DNA from: an uncultured Victivallales bacterium
Lineage (GTDB): Bacteria; Verrucomicrobiota; Kiritimatiellia; UBA8416; CAZWPN01
DNA: 50,399 nucleotides
NCBI GenBank assembly: GCA_964635275.1
Contig: CAZWPN010000008.1
Coordinates: 1-50,399 of the forward strand
Direction: 5' to 3'
Shown: positions 21,780-31,043 of the stretch, one piece after another
How positions within the stretch are numbered: position 1 is the stretch's first letter
How the letters are laid out: each line of letters starts with the position of its first letter
Made by a program: the position numbers and the translations under genes
The notes under the pieces: generated by a model
Seen by the model: the letters and a program-made list of their open reading frames with translations, nothing else
Database searches by the model: none
What the model was told of the DNA's origin: nothing

Positions 21780-22460
21780 ATGGCGATTAACAATGTTGTA
21801 AAAATAGACGATTCTGTTCGTGTACTGCATGTGCTGGTGAGTGTTTCCAACAAGGCGGGTTTGGACACATTCGTGCCCGGGTTGCTCGAAATGAACCCGG
21901 ACATCAGATTCTATTCCACAGGCGGAACATTGAAGACGCTTACGGATATTCTGGGACGGAAGGTCGCGGCCCGGAGTCTTGTGTCGGTGGCTTCCTATAC
22001 CGGACAGCCGGAAATGCAAGGCGGTCTTGTTAAGACGCTTGACTTCAAGATATACCTCGGCCTTCTCAGCGAGACTTACAACGACGCACATGCGGACGAT
22101 CTCAAGCGGGTCAATGCTGTGGCGTTTGACATGGTTGTCGCCAATCTTTATCCGTTCAAGGCCGCCATTGCAAAGCCGGACGCTACAGCGGAGCTCGCAC
22201 GGGGCAACATCGACATAGGCGGGCCGTGCATGGTGCGTGCGGCGGCGAAGAATTACCTTCGTGTTGCATCGGTGGTGGATCCGGCGGACTATGGCCGCAT
22301 TCTTAAGGAACTTGTCAAGAAGGACGGGTTACTCTCGTTCCAGACGCGTTTCGAGCTTGCTCGAAAAGCTTTCGCCCATACGGCTGAATACGATGCGGCC
22401 ATCGCGGGATATCTGGCGGATCTGAACGTCGAGGACGCACGAAAGGGTTACAGTGTTTGA
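21780..22460 (+). CDS. purH: Stand-alone IMP cyclohydrolase (PurH N-terminal/MGS domain only, 226 aa)
   Basis: VSVSNK, STGGT, YTGQPEM.GGLVKTL, VVANLYPF, NIDIGGPCMVRAAAKN, LARKAFAHTAEYD; stops before the transformylase domain. Confidence 0.9.
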   Translation: MAINNVVKIDDSVRVLHVLVSVSNKAGLDTFVPGLLEMNPDIRFYSTGGTLKTLTDILGRKVAARSLVSVASYTGQPEMQGGLVKTLDFKIYLGLLSETYNDAHADDLKRVNAVAFDMVVANLYPFKAAIAKPDATAELARGNIDIGGPCMVRAAAKNYLRVASVVDPADYGRILKELVKKDGLLSFQTRFELARKAFAHTAEYDAAIAGYLADLNVEDARKGYSV

Positions 22461-22827
22461 AGTAAGCATTCGATCACGGTTCTCGGCCGCCCACCACTTG
22501 CGGGGGTATGCCGGGTGTTGCGCGGCACCCCATGGGCACAACTGGGATGTCGAGGTGTTCTTGCGGGGCGAAGTCCTTAACGGCTTGGGGATGCTTATGG
22601 ATTTCCGCCAGATCAAGACCATGGTTCAGGAGGTTGTTGCAGAACTGGATCACCATGACCTGAACATCCTTCCGGCATTCCAGGAGCAGAATCCTACTTC
22701 CGAGGCACTGTCATTCTACATCTACCACTCTCTGGCCCGGAAGCTCTCTGGGAGCGCGGTTCGAGTGCATCGGGTGAGTGTTCATGAGACACCCGAAACA
22801 ACCGCGACGTTTCAGGAATCCGAGTGA
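22453..22827 (+). CDS. queD: 6-carboxy-5,6,7,8-tetrahydropterin synthase (QueD/PTPS-I)
   Basis: FSAAHHL, CxxxHGHNW, DF, LDHHDLN, NPTSE, ET. Confidence 0.92.
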   Translation: MFEVSIRSRFSAAHHLRGYAGCCAAPHGHNWDVEVFLRGEVLNGLGMLMDFRQIKTMVQEVVAELDHHDLNILPAFQEQNPTSEALSFYIYHSLARKLSGSAVRVHRVSVHETPETTATFQESE

Positions 22828-22850
22828 TGTAGGTCAGGGGTCTCTGCGCC

Positions 22851-23705
22851 ATGATTGATCTCCACACCCATTCGACCTTTTCGGACGGATGCCTGTCGCC
22901 GGAATCGCTCGTTGCCCTGGCGAGGAAGGAGCATGTTACGGCGGTGGCGCTCACCGACCACGACACTACCGGAGGCGTGGAACTGTTTCTTAAGGCTTGC
23001 CTTGTGCATGGGATACGTGGTGTAGGGGGGGTGGAGTTGTCTGCCGATATTGGGAAGGGCACACTTCATATTTTGGGGTATTTTTTTCGAACGGATGACA
23101 GGTCTCTGCAGGACATGCTCAGGAAGATTCGGGCGGGACGCGACGAACGCAATGCCGTCATACTTGAAAAGTTGAACAGACTGGGGTGTGAGCTGACATG
23201 GGCGGAAGTCCGGTTGCTTGCCGCCGAAGACGTAGTGGGCCGGCCTCATTTTGCCCAGGCGCTTCTGGCCCGGGGCTATATCCGGAATAGGGATGAGGCG
23301 TTTGACCGGTTTCTGGCTAAAGGGAAGCCAGCCTACGTTGAGCGCTACCGTCTGCCGCCGGGTGAGAGCATACGTGCGATCAGGGGCGCGGGAGGCGTTC
23401 CGGTATTGGCGCATCCGTCCACCCTGCAGTGCTCAGCAGCCGAAATGCGCCGGATGGTGGCAGGGTGGGTGGATGAGGGGCTTGGCGGGATTGAGGTTTA
23501 CTATTCAGAACACAAGGCTGCGCAAGTCAGGCACTACCTTTCTCTTGTTAAGGAGTTCGGTCTGGTGGCCACCGGGGGATCCGATTTCCATGGCGAAACC
23601 AGCGTTCCCGGGCTGAGGCTTGGGCGTGGGTTCGGCAGCCTGCGGATTCCCGATGACGTTGTGGATAAGCTCGCCGCCGCATGTTCTACTGGCGGAGGAT
23701 CGTGA
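22851..23705 (+). CDS. PHP-domain phosphoesterase (TrpH/YciV family)
   Basis: DLHTHSTFSDG, ALTDHDT, GVELS, HILGY, GRPH, LAHP, GGSDFHG. Confidence 0.92.
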   Translation: MIDLHTHSTFSDGCLSPESLVALARKEHVTAVALTDHDTTGGVELFLKACLVHGIRGVGGVELSADIGKGTLHILGYFFRTDDRSLQDMLRKIRAGRDERNAVILEKLNRLGCELTWAEVRLLAAEDVVGRPHFAQALLARGYIRNRDEAFDRFLAKGKPAYVERYRLPPGESIRAIRGAGGVPVLAHPSTLQCSAAEMRRMVAGWVDEGLGGIEVYYSEHKAAQVRHYLSLVKEFGLVATGGSDFHGETSVPGLRLGRGFGSLRIPDDVVDKLAAACSTGGGS

Positions 23706-23748
23706 AAGGTGAAACACCGACGCCGTGCGCCGGTGCGAGGGAGGAACA

Positions 23749-24633
23749 ATGGGAGCATCGTGCTGGGCCCGGAATCTGCTGGAGTTGATCCGGCGAACGT
23801 CAACAGATCTTCCGTTGGATGTGGAGTCTGCCATCCGGCGTGCTCTGGCGCGTGAGCGCAAGGGTTCGCATGCGTGGTGGGTCCTTTCTTCGGTGTTGGA
23901 AAGCTCCGACGAATCGAGAAAGAAGAATGTTCCCGTATGCCAGGACACAGGCACGTTAGTCTTCTACTACAGGATACCGGTCGGTTTTGATGCCAACTCG
24001 CTTATTGCAATGACGCGCGGCGCAGTGGCCGAGGCGACGCGGCGTGGCTGGCTTCGCGAGAACACCATTGACTCCATTACCGGCGCCCCGTATCCGGCTA
24101 ACGTGGCCGCCGGGTCCCCCGTGTTCCACTTCATTCAGGGCGCACGCAAGACCATTGACGTGCGTCTGGTTCTAAAAGGCGGCGGGAGCGAGAATGTGGG
24201 GGCGCAGTATGCATTGCCAGACGCGGAAATCGGGGCTGGACGCGATCTGGACGGCGTGCGGCGGTGCATTCTGGATGCCGTATGGAAAGCTCAGGGTAAC
24301 GGCTGTGCTCCCGGTGTTCTCGGTGTGTGCATCGGAGGCGATCGAGCCTCCGGGGCGGCTCACGCCAAGGAGCAGTTTCTTCGACGCCTGGCCGATAGCT
24401 CCGACGTCAAGCTTCTTGCGAGACTCGAACGGCGTTTGGTTAAGGAGTCACAGGGCTTGGGTGTCGGGCCCATGGGGCTGGGGGGGAGGACGACTCTGCT
24501 TGGGGTCAAAATCGGTGCTTTGAGCCGTGTTCCTGCGAGCTATTTCGTGAGTGTTTCATACATGTGCTGGGCATTTCGCAGGCGGGGGGCAGTGATGGGG
24601 GCTGAGGGTGGCGTTCACCGCTGGCTCTACTGA
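23749..24633 (+). CDS. Class I Fe-S fumarate/tartrate hydratase alpha subunit
   Basis: CQDTG, LKGGGSEN, GCAPG, GGD, GPMGLGG, CWAFRR; ATG 23749 after GGAGG. Confidence 0.9.
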   Translation: MGASCWARNLLELIRRTSTDLPLDVESAIRRALARERKGSHAWWVLSSVLESSDESRKKNVPVCQDTGTLVFYYRIPVGFDANSLIAMTRGAVAEATRRGWLRENTIDSITGAPYPANVAAGSPVFHFIQGARKTIDVRLVLKGGGSENVGAQYALPDAEIGAGRDLDGVRRCILDAVWKAQGNGCAPGVLGVCIGGDRASGAAHAKEQFLRRLADSSDVKLLARLERRLVKESQGLGVGPMGLGGRTTLLGVKIGALSRVPASYFVSVSYMCWAFRRRGAVMGAEGGVHRWLY

Positions 24634-24730
24634 ATGAAGTTGGCGGTTTTTGAATCAAGCGCGGTGTGCCGCGTGCATGAGTGTTGGTAATGTCGCGGTG
24701 GCAGTAACCAGTGTGCCGAGGCGGTAGGTC

Positions 24731-25324
24731 ATGACAAAGACACTGAAGGGTCCTTTCACAAGAGAGGTTGTTTCCGAACTCAGGGTGGGGGACCATGTGG
24801 CAATTAGCGGTCGGATCCATTCGGGACGCGATCGGTATCATCGGTACCTCTCCGACGGTGGGCAAAACCCGGTGGACCTGCACGACGGGTGCATCTTCCA
24901 CTGCGGTCCTGTGGTGCTTCAGGCAGGGAACGGATGGGAGGTTTTGGCGGCGGGCCCCACGACATCAGTGCGTGAGGAACTTTACATGGCGGGCATTGTG
25001 GAGCGTGAGGGGGTGCGGTTGATCGTCGGAAAGGGAGGGATGGGCGAGCAGACCCGTCAGGCATGCATCCGGTTTGGTTGCATCTACGTTCAGGCTGTTG
25101 GAGGTGCGGCTGCCCTGGTTGCGCGATGCGTCCGGCGTGTGCATGGCGTCCACTTTTTGCGTGAGTTTGGCTCGGCTGAGGCGGTTTGGGAAATGGATGT
25201 CGAGGGAATGGAGGGCATCGTTACCATGGATACTGCTGGCGGCAGTCTCTACGATCAGGTGCTTAACGATTCTCTGGTAAACCTCAGAAAAGCCATAGGA
25301 CGTTGTCCGCGGGTGGTGCGATGA
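24731..25324 (+). CDS. Class I Fe-S fumarate/tartrate hydratase beta subunit
   Basis: LRVGD, GRD..H, FHCGPV, AGPTTS.R, GKGGMG, GGAA, EAVW, MDT.GGSL. Confidence 0.9.
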   Translation: MTKTLKGPFTREVVSELRVGDHVAISGRIHSGRDRYHRYLSDGGQNPVDLHDGCIFHCGPVVLQAGNGWEVLAAGPTTSVREELYMAGIVEREGVRLIVGKGGMGEQTRQACIRFGCIYVQAVGGAAALVARCVRRVHGVHFLREFGSAEAVWEMDVEGMEGIVTMDTAGGSLYDQVLNDSLVNLRKAIGRCPRVVR

Positions 25325-26265
25325 GGGTGGTGTTCATGGGCTCATCTTCGGCGGCGTGCCCGTCTTTGGAGCTGTTGTGCAAGACTCCAGGCGTGGAACT
25401 GCTGGCTGCGGTAACGCAGCCGGATCGCCCCAGGGGGCGAAGCCTGTCTATTTCTCCGTCGCCGGTTGGCTCCCTCATCGAACGCTTGGGCGTGGCGGTG
25501 CACAAGTTCGATAGCGTAAATAGCGACGATGCGGTCCGCTCTATCGCCGGGTATGCGCCGGATGTGATTACGGTCGTCGCCTACGGACAGATCCTTCGGC
25601 GCGCTGTTCTGGAGATACCGCGGTTGGGATGCGTGAACCTCCATGGATCCATGCTGCCGAAGTATCGGGGGGCAGCGCCCTGCCAGTGGGCGATTGCCAA
25701 CGGCGAGTCCGTTACAGGCGTGAGCATAATCAGGATGAATGAGCGCATGGACGCTGGCGACATTCTTCTGGCACGACCGGTGGATATTCTGCCCGAAGAC
25801 ACTGGGGGGACGTTGCTTGGGAGAGTGGCCGAGGTCGGGGCCGAGGCGCTTTGTGACACCGTGGTGAATCTCGCAGCCGGCCGGTTGACTGGTGTTCCGC
25901 AGAACGACGCTGAGGCGACTTTTGCCAGAAAGCTTTCCAAAAGCGATGGACAGGTTGACTGGACGCGGCCGGCACGCGAGGTCCACAATCGCATCAGGGC
26001 TTTCCAGCCATGGCCAGGCGCGTGGTGTCGTATATCGAGCTCATCCGGCGCGTATACCGTCAAGATCCTCCAGAGTTGCCTTGTGGCAGAAGGTGGACCG
26101 GCGGGTTGCGTTCTCTCCCGTGGAGATGAGGGAATTGTTGTCGGATGCGGAGAAGGCGGCGTTCTTCTGAAGAAGGTGCAGCCTGAAGGCCGCACGGTCA
26201 TGGGTGCCGGCGAGTTTGCGAGGGGGCACAAGCTTTCGGTCGGGGCAACATTTGGAGGGCTATGA
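25321..26265 (+). CDS. fmt: Methionyl-tRNA formyltransferase
   Basis: MRVVFMG, VTQPDRP.GR, VVAYGQIL, NLHGSMLPKYRGAAP, MDAGD, IRAFQPWPGA. Confidence 0.96.
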   Translation: MRVVFMGSSSAACPSLELLCKTPGVELLAAVTQPDRPRGRSLSISPSPVGSLIERLGVAVHKFDSVNSDDAVRSIAGYAPDVITVVAYGQILRRAVLEIPRLGCVNLHGSMLPKYRGAAPCQWAIANGESVTGVSIIRMNERMDAGDILLARPVDILPEDTGGTLLGRVAEVGAEALCDTVVNLAAGRLTGVPQNDAEATFARKLSKSDGQVDWTRPAREVHNRIRAFQPWPGAWCRISSSSGAYTVKILQSCLVAEGGPAGCVLSRGDEGIVVGCGEGGVLLKKVQPEGRTVMGAGEFARGHKLSVGATFGGL

Positions 26266-27338
26266 GCACGACAGTCACGGTTCATCTTGGGGACCGCAGT
26301 TATCCGATCCGTGTAGGCTCATTGCCGCAGGCCGGGATGCTGGGATTTCTTGCGGGGCGCGCCGGGATGCTGGTCACCGATAGTACAGTAGGTCCGCTTT
26401 ATGCGGATCGTTGTGAAGGCGTTCTGCGTGAGGTTGGCGCGCGGGTGGTTCGCGCCACGGTTCCGGCAGGCGAAGCATCAAAATCATTGCATCAGGCCGA
26501 GGTGCTTTACGGATGCGCCCTAAAGGCGGGGTTGGATCGGGGATCGTTCATTTTGGCGCTGGGTGGCGGCATGGTGGGGGATCTGGCCGGCTTCGTGGCG
26601 GGGACCTACCTTCGCGGAGTGGAATTCATTCAGATTCCAACAACACTTCTGGGCATGGTCGACAGTTCAGTAGGGGGCAAAACGGCGGTTAACTTGCCTC
26701 AGGGGAAGAACCTGGTGGGTGTTTTTCATCAACCTTCTCTTGTCGTAGCGGACCTTTCGACACTTTCCACCCTGCCGCCGCGAGAGTATGCATCGGGACT
26801 GGCAGAGGTCGTCAAGTACGGGGTGATTCGTGACGCGAAGCTTTTTGAGCAGTTGGAAGCATCGGTGGAACGGACGCTGACAAGAGACCCGCACTGGTTG
26901 GAGTCGGTAGTTGCGACCTGTTGTGAGATCAAGGCCGGTGTTGTTGGACGTGATGAGCGGGAGTCCGGCGAACGGGCCATCCTGAATTTCGGGCACACGC
27001 TGGGGCATGCAATCGAGAAGCGTACGGAATACAGCGGTTGGTTTCATGGTGAAGCGGTGTCGGTGGGCATGGTTTTTGCCGCGCGGCTTTCGGGCGTGTC
27101 GCGAGGGTTCCCGGCAGAAGATGCTCGCCGTATTGAGAGTTTGCTGGGCAGACTGGCTCTTCCTGTGAGGCCGCCGCACGGTCTGAACTGGGACTGCCTG
27201 CGCTCGGCCATGGCAGCCGACAAGAAGACCGAGAAGGGGGTTCCACGCTTTGTCCTCGTTGACCGCATAGGATCGGCATCCTATGGATGCGTGGTGGATG
27301 AAACCGTGGTTCGGCGGGTGTACGAGTCGATGCAATAA
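26262..27338 (+). CDS. aroB: 3-dehydroquinate synthase
   Basis: GEASK, ALGGGMVGDLAGF, PTTLLGMVDSSVGGKT, LNFGHTLGHAIE, HGEAV, DKK. Confidence 0.97.
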   Translation: MSTTVTVHLGDRSYPIRVGSLPQAGMLGFLAGRAGMLVTDSTVGPLYADRCEGVLREVGARVVRATVPAGEASKSLHQAEVLYGCALKAGLDRGSFILALGGGMVGDLAGFVAGTYLRGVEFIQIPTTLLGMVDSSVGGKTAVNLPQGKNLVGVFHQPSLVVADLSTLSTLPPREYASGLAEVVKYGVIRDAKLFEQLEASVERTLTRDPHWLESVVATCCEIKAGVVGRDERESGERAILNFGHTLGHAIEKRTEYSGWFHGEAVSVGMVFAARLSGVSRGFPAEDARRIESLLGRLALPVRPPHGLNWDCLRSAMAADKKTEKGVPRFVLVDRIGSASYGCVVDETVVRRVYESMQ

Positions 27339-27350
27339 GGAGGGCTGCCC

Positions 27351-28025
27351 GTGTCCGTAGTCAATGATTCTGTTGTGCGAGAGTACTTCGAGGGCATGGG
27401 GTTTATGGTGGTGCAGCCATGCAAGTACGCCATTCCGGGCCGCCAGAAGCAACCGGAAGAGGAAATGGACCTTCTCATACTGAATCCACGTGATGTTGAG
27501 CACGCGGTGCCGGAGGGGTTTGTGTGGAGCACCAGCGATTTGCGCAACGTCAAGGCGGCTGTCGTGGGAGTGCGTGGGTGGCACACGGAACGATTCTACC
27601 TGTCGAAGATGGAGCAGACCCCCGAGATATGGCGTTTCGCCGACCAGAGCACCCTGGATGTCGCATCGCGAATCCTTGGGACGCGTCAACTGGCCCGGAT
27701 ACTGTGTCTCCCGAGACTGCCGGCGTCTGGCGAACTGAAGCGGCAGACCATCGAGTTTCTGCGAAGCAGGGGTGTTGACGGGGTGCTGCCATTCCGGACC
27801 ATCCTTATGGAACTGCTGACGAGAGTGGATGCCCACCGGAACTACGAGAAATCAGACGTGCTTCAGATTCTTCGCATGCTCAAGAGCTATGACCTGATCA
27901 AGTACGACCAGATGGAGCTGTTCGAGAAGAAACACACCAAAGCGCGTCAACGACGCTCCACGTTGAGCAGCTCAACTGCCGTTGTCGGGTTGCCGGGCGA
28001 CTCCGATTCTCAGGCCGGCTCGTAG
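27351..28025 (+). CDS. Hypothetical protein, possible degenerate PD-(D/E)XK nuclease fold
   Basis: 224-aa ORF in operon after aroB with GGAGG RBS; VREYFEGMGF.V / EEMDLLI / VGVRGW pattern. Confidence 0.7.
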   Translation: MSVVNDSVVREYFEGMGFMVVQPCKYAIPGRQKQPEEEMDLLILNPRDVEHAVPEGFVWSTSDLRNVKAAVVGVRGWHTERFYLSKMEQTPEIWRFADQSTLDVASRILGTRQLARILCLPRLPASGELKRQTIEFLRSRGVDGVLPFRTILMELLTRVDAHRNYEKSDVLQILRMLKSYDLIKYDQMELFEKKHTKARQRRSTLSSSTAVVGLPGDSDSQAGS

Positions 28026-30004
28026 ATGAACAGCGCCTGATCCTTGGTAACCGCCTGTCCGTGTTCGACCAGGCACTTGACGATCTTACAGTTGCATGGC
28101 GCCTTGATCTGGTTAAACAGTTTCATGGCCTCCACAGTGCAGACCGGATCGCCTGCCTTTACGGTGTCGCCTGCCTTGGCGAAGATGGGCTTTCCAGGTC
28201 CTGACGACCGGTACAGCGTTCCGTTCAGGGGTGCTTTGATTGTCAATGCGTTGCTTGCTGCCTTCTCAGGGACCTGTTCCGCTTTGGGTGGCGGCGGTTT
28301 GGCGGCCGCGGCTGGCTTCGCTGCCGGCTGTGTGGTGGACTTGGCATCTGGGCTGCCGGCTTCCTGCTGAACTGCGACCCCCTCGGATTTGAGGCTCAAT
28401 GTCAAGTCGTTGCGACGAATGACGATCTCGTTGAAATTGAGCTGATGCACTTTGTCCAGCAACTGCTGGATTTCGCGATAGTCTTCGTTGGAAAGGAATG
28501 CCTGAGGCGTCGCGGACGCTTCCGCCGGGGCGGTCTTTTGCTCCTTGGCCTTCTTTTCCTTCATCAATTCGATGTCGGCTGGTGGGGTGGCGCGTTCCTC
28601 AATGGGCGTGTTGCGCCAGCGGAAGTAGTCTAGAGCGACTTCTGGGAACAGGCAGTAGGACAGGATGTCTTCCTCGGTCTTTATCAGGCTCGGGTCCACA
28701 TTAGTTGTGGCCTGCGGAAGCATCGGTGGCAGAAGGTCCGCCGGTCGACACGTGATGAGTTTCTCTTCTCCAAGGATTTTCTTTCGGATGCGAGGGGCGA
28801 TCGGCGCGGGTGATCGACCATACATCCCCCGCACATAGTCCTTGGTTTCCTGCGTAACCATTTTATAGCGCTCGCCGGACAGCACGTTCAGGACAGATTG
28901 GACGCCAACTATCTGGCTGGTCGGCGTCACGAGGGGCGGATAGCCGAGATCGGCACGAACCAGCGGCAACTCCGTTAGCACCTCATCCAGACGGTCCAGC
29001 GCGTTCTGCTGCTGCAGTTGTGAGCGCAGATTGGAGATCATGCCGCCAGGGATGTGGTGAATGAGGATTTCAGGATCGATGACGTTATCCGGCTGATGGC
29101 TGAGACGGCGCTCCGGCGCCAGTTTGATGAAGTAGTCACACATCTTCCTAAGCGCCGACACGTCAAGATTGGCGTGGTAATAAGTCTCTTCGAAGATAGC
29201 CAGCATGGTCTCCACGGGTGGCTGGGATGAGAACCCGGCCATTGGCGAGATTGCACAATCGATGGCACCGGCGCCGGCGACAACACCTTCCACATAAGTT
29301 GCCGTGGCCATTCCGCTGGTGGCGTGGGAATGGATCTGGATCGGAACCTTCACCTCCCGAAGCAGGGCCGAAACGAGCTTGCGGCAGGATATCGGTGAGA
29401 GAATTCCGGCCATGTCCTTGATGCAGATTGAGTCCACGCCGATCGCCGTCAACTCGTGAGCGATGCGACAGAACTCCTTCACCGTGTGCATCGGGCTGAT
29501 TGTGTAGCAGATGGTTCCCTGAGCGTGGCCGCCGTATTTCTTCACGGACTTGATTGCCTGCTCGACATTGCGGGTATCGTTGAGTGCGTCGAATACCCGG
29601 AAGATATCAATGCCGTTCTGACATGCCAACGCAATGAACCGATCGAGCATGTCGTCCGGGTAATTCCGATAACCGACCACGTTTTGTCCACGAAGGAGCA
29701 TCTGTAGTGGCGTCTTCTTGCACTTGGATTTGATCTGACGCAGTCGCTCCCAAGGGTTCTCGCGAAGGAACCGCAGGCATGTGTCGAAAGTTGCGCCGCC
29801 CCACACCTCCAGGGAGTAGAATCCCGCCGCGTCAACAGTGTCAACAATACCCAGAATGTCCTTGGTGCGCATGCGCGTCGCCCACAGCGACTGGTGCGCG
29901 TCACGAAGGGTTGTATCCGTTATGCGCAAAGGTATACGGTGCATACGCTTGTGTGCTGCTTCGGCTTCGGCGCTGGCATCGGTCTCTTTGTCAGTGTTAT
30001 TCAT
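28010..30004 (-). CDS. Pyruvate/oxaloacetate carboxyltransferase (PycB/OadA/5S-like) fused to an AccB-type biotin carboxyl carrier protein
   Basis: CT motifs: LRDAHQS, EVWGGATFD, PWERL, MLLRGQN, IKDMAG, HSH, PGGM.SN, GYPPLVTPTSQIVG. C-terminus: AccB-like helical N-segment, Ala/Pro linker, EAMK biotinylation site. Confidence 0.93.
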   Translation of the reverse strand: MNNTDKETDASAEAEAAHKRMHRIPLRITDTTLRDAHQSLWATRMRTKDILGIVDTVDAAGFYSLEVWGGATFDTCLRFLRENPWERLRQIKSKCKKTPLQMLLRGQNVVGYRNYPDDMLDRFIALACQNGIDIFRVFDALNDTRNVEQAIKSVKKYGGHAQGTICYTISPMHTVKEFCRIAHELTAIGVDSICIKDMAGILSPISCRKLVSALLREVKVPIQIHSHATSGMATATYVEGVVAGAGAIDCAISPMAGFSSQPPVETMLAIFEETYYHANLDVSALRKMCDYFIKLAPERRLSHQPDNVIDPEILIHHIPGGMISNLRSQLQQQNALDRLDEVLTELPLVRADLGYPPLVTPTSQIVGVQSVLNVLSGERYKMVTQETKDYVRGMYGRSPAPIAPRIRKKILGEEKLITCRPADLLPPMLPQATTNVDPSLIKTEEDILSYCLFPEVALDYFRWRNTPIEERATPPADIELMKEKKAKEQKTAPAEASATPQAFLSNEDYREIQQLLDKVHQLNFNEIVIRRNDLTLSLKSEGVAVQQEAGSPDAKSTTQPAAKPAAAAKPPPPKAEQVPEKAASNALTIKAPLNGTLYRSSGPGKPIFAKAGDTVKAGDPVCTVEAMKLFNQIKAPCNCKIVKCLVEHGQAVTKDQALFIYEPA

Positions 30005-30034
30005 GTCATATACCTCGTGTGGGTCATGGAATGT

Positions 30035-30988
30035 TCAGCGTTTCTTCATGCGGCCCATAGCGCAGAATTTCTCGAACCGTTGTTGGATCAGATATTTTGG
30101 CGATGCGCGTCGCCACGTTTTCAGCTGATCGATCAGAGCGCTCTTTACGGACGCGAACACGGCCGTGGGGTTGCGGTGGGCGGCTCCTGGAGGCTCTGGA
30201 ACGATCTTGTCAATGATCTTCAGGGCGAGCAGGGAAGGGGCGGTGACCTTGAGCGCCTCCGCTGCTTCCGGAGCCTTGGCCCCGTCGCGCCATAGAATCG
30301 AGGCGCAGCCTTCGGGAGAGATCACGGAGTAGATGGCGTAGGAAAGCATCAGCACCGAGTTCCCGACAGCGATACCCAAGGCGCCGCCGCTTCCGCCTTC
30401 ACCGGTGATAATAACGATGACAGGAACCGTCAGCTTGGCCATCTCCTCCAGATTACGCGCTATCGCTTCCGCCTGCCCTCGGGCTTCCCCTTCCAGGCCC
30501 GGGTAGGCGCCGGGTGTGTCAACAAAACACAGAATGGGAATGCGGTACTTCTGGGCAAGTTTCATGAGGCGAAGGGCCTTGCGATATCCTTCGGGGTTGC
30601 CCATGCCGAAGTTCGCCTTGACGTTCTCCTCTACTGTCTTTCCTTTCTGATGACCGATGACCATGACACGGAAACCATCGATCTTGGCAAATCCGCCGAT
30701 GATCGCATGGTCGTCACCAAAGGATCGGTCGCCATGGAGTTCGATGAACTCGGAGAAGACCGCCCCAAGGTAGTCCCGAATGGTGGGGCGCTCAGGATGG
30801 CGCGCGACTTGCACAGTCTGCCACGGTGTTAGCTTGGCGTAGATCGCAGTCAGCAGCTCGCTGTGCTGCTTTTCCATCTCAAGTATTCTGGCAGCATTGG
30901 GATGCGATGCGTCGGATTCGTCCTGCTTCCTTAGCGCCGCGATGTCGGCTTCTAGAGCGACGACTGGCTTTTCAAAGTCGAGTTCCAT
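30035..30988 (-). CDS. accA: Acetyl-CoA carboxylase carboxyltransferase alpha
   Basis: LDFEKP, LTPWQTVQVARHPERP, ELHGDR.FGDD, DTPGAYPG, GEGGSGGAL, YSVISPEGCASILW. Confidence 0.97.
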   Translation of the reverse strand: MELDFEKPVVALEADIAALRKQDESDASHPNAARILEMEKQHSELLTAIYAKLTPWQTVQVARHPERPTIRDYLGAVFSEFIELHGDRSFGDDHAIIGGFAKIDGFRVMVIGHQKGKTVEENVKANFGMGNPEGYRKALRLMKLAQKYRIPILCFVDTPGAYPGLEGEARGQAEAIARNLEEMAKLTVPVIVIITGEGGSGGALGIAVGNSVLMLSYAIYSVISPEGCASILWRDGAKAPEAAEALKVTAPSLLALKIIDKIVPEPPGAAHRNPTAVFASVKSALIDQLKTWRRASPKYLIQQRFEKFCAMGRMKKR

Positions 30989-31043
30989 GGCTTTGGCCTC
31001 CGGAAAGTTATGGGCTCTGGGACTTCGTCAGATTCCGATGTCT

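Noticed and set aside
22453-22827. QueD as a 7-deazaguanine DNA-modification or PTPS-III folate gene
   Set aside because: It has the ordinary CxxxHGH PTPS-I motif, and no dpd, queC or queE genes are nearby.
24634-24730. Readthrough or frameshift joining the fumarase halves
   Set aside because: The halves are in different frames, the gap has a further in-frame stop and no obvious slippery site, and beta has its own plausible start.
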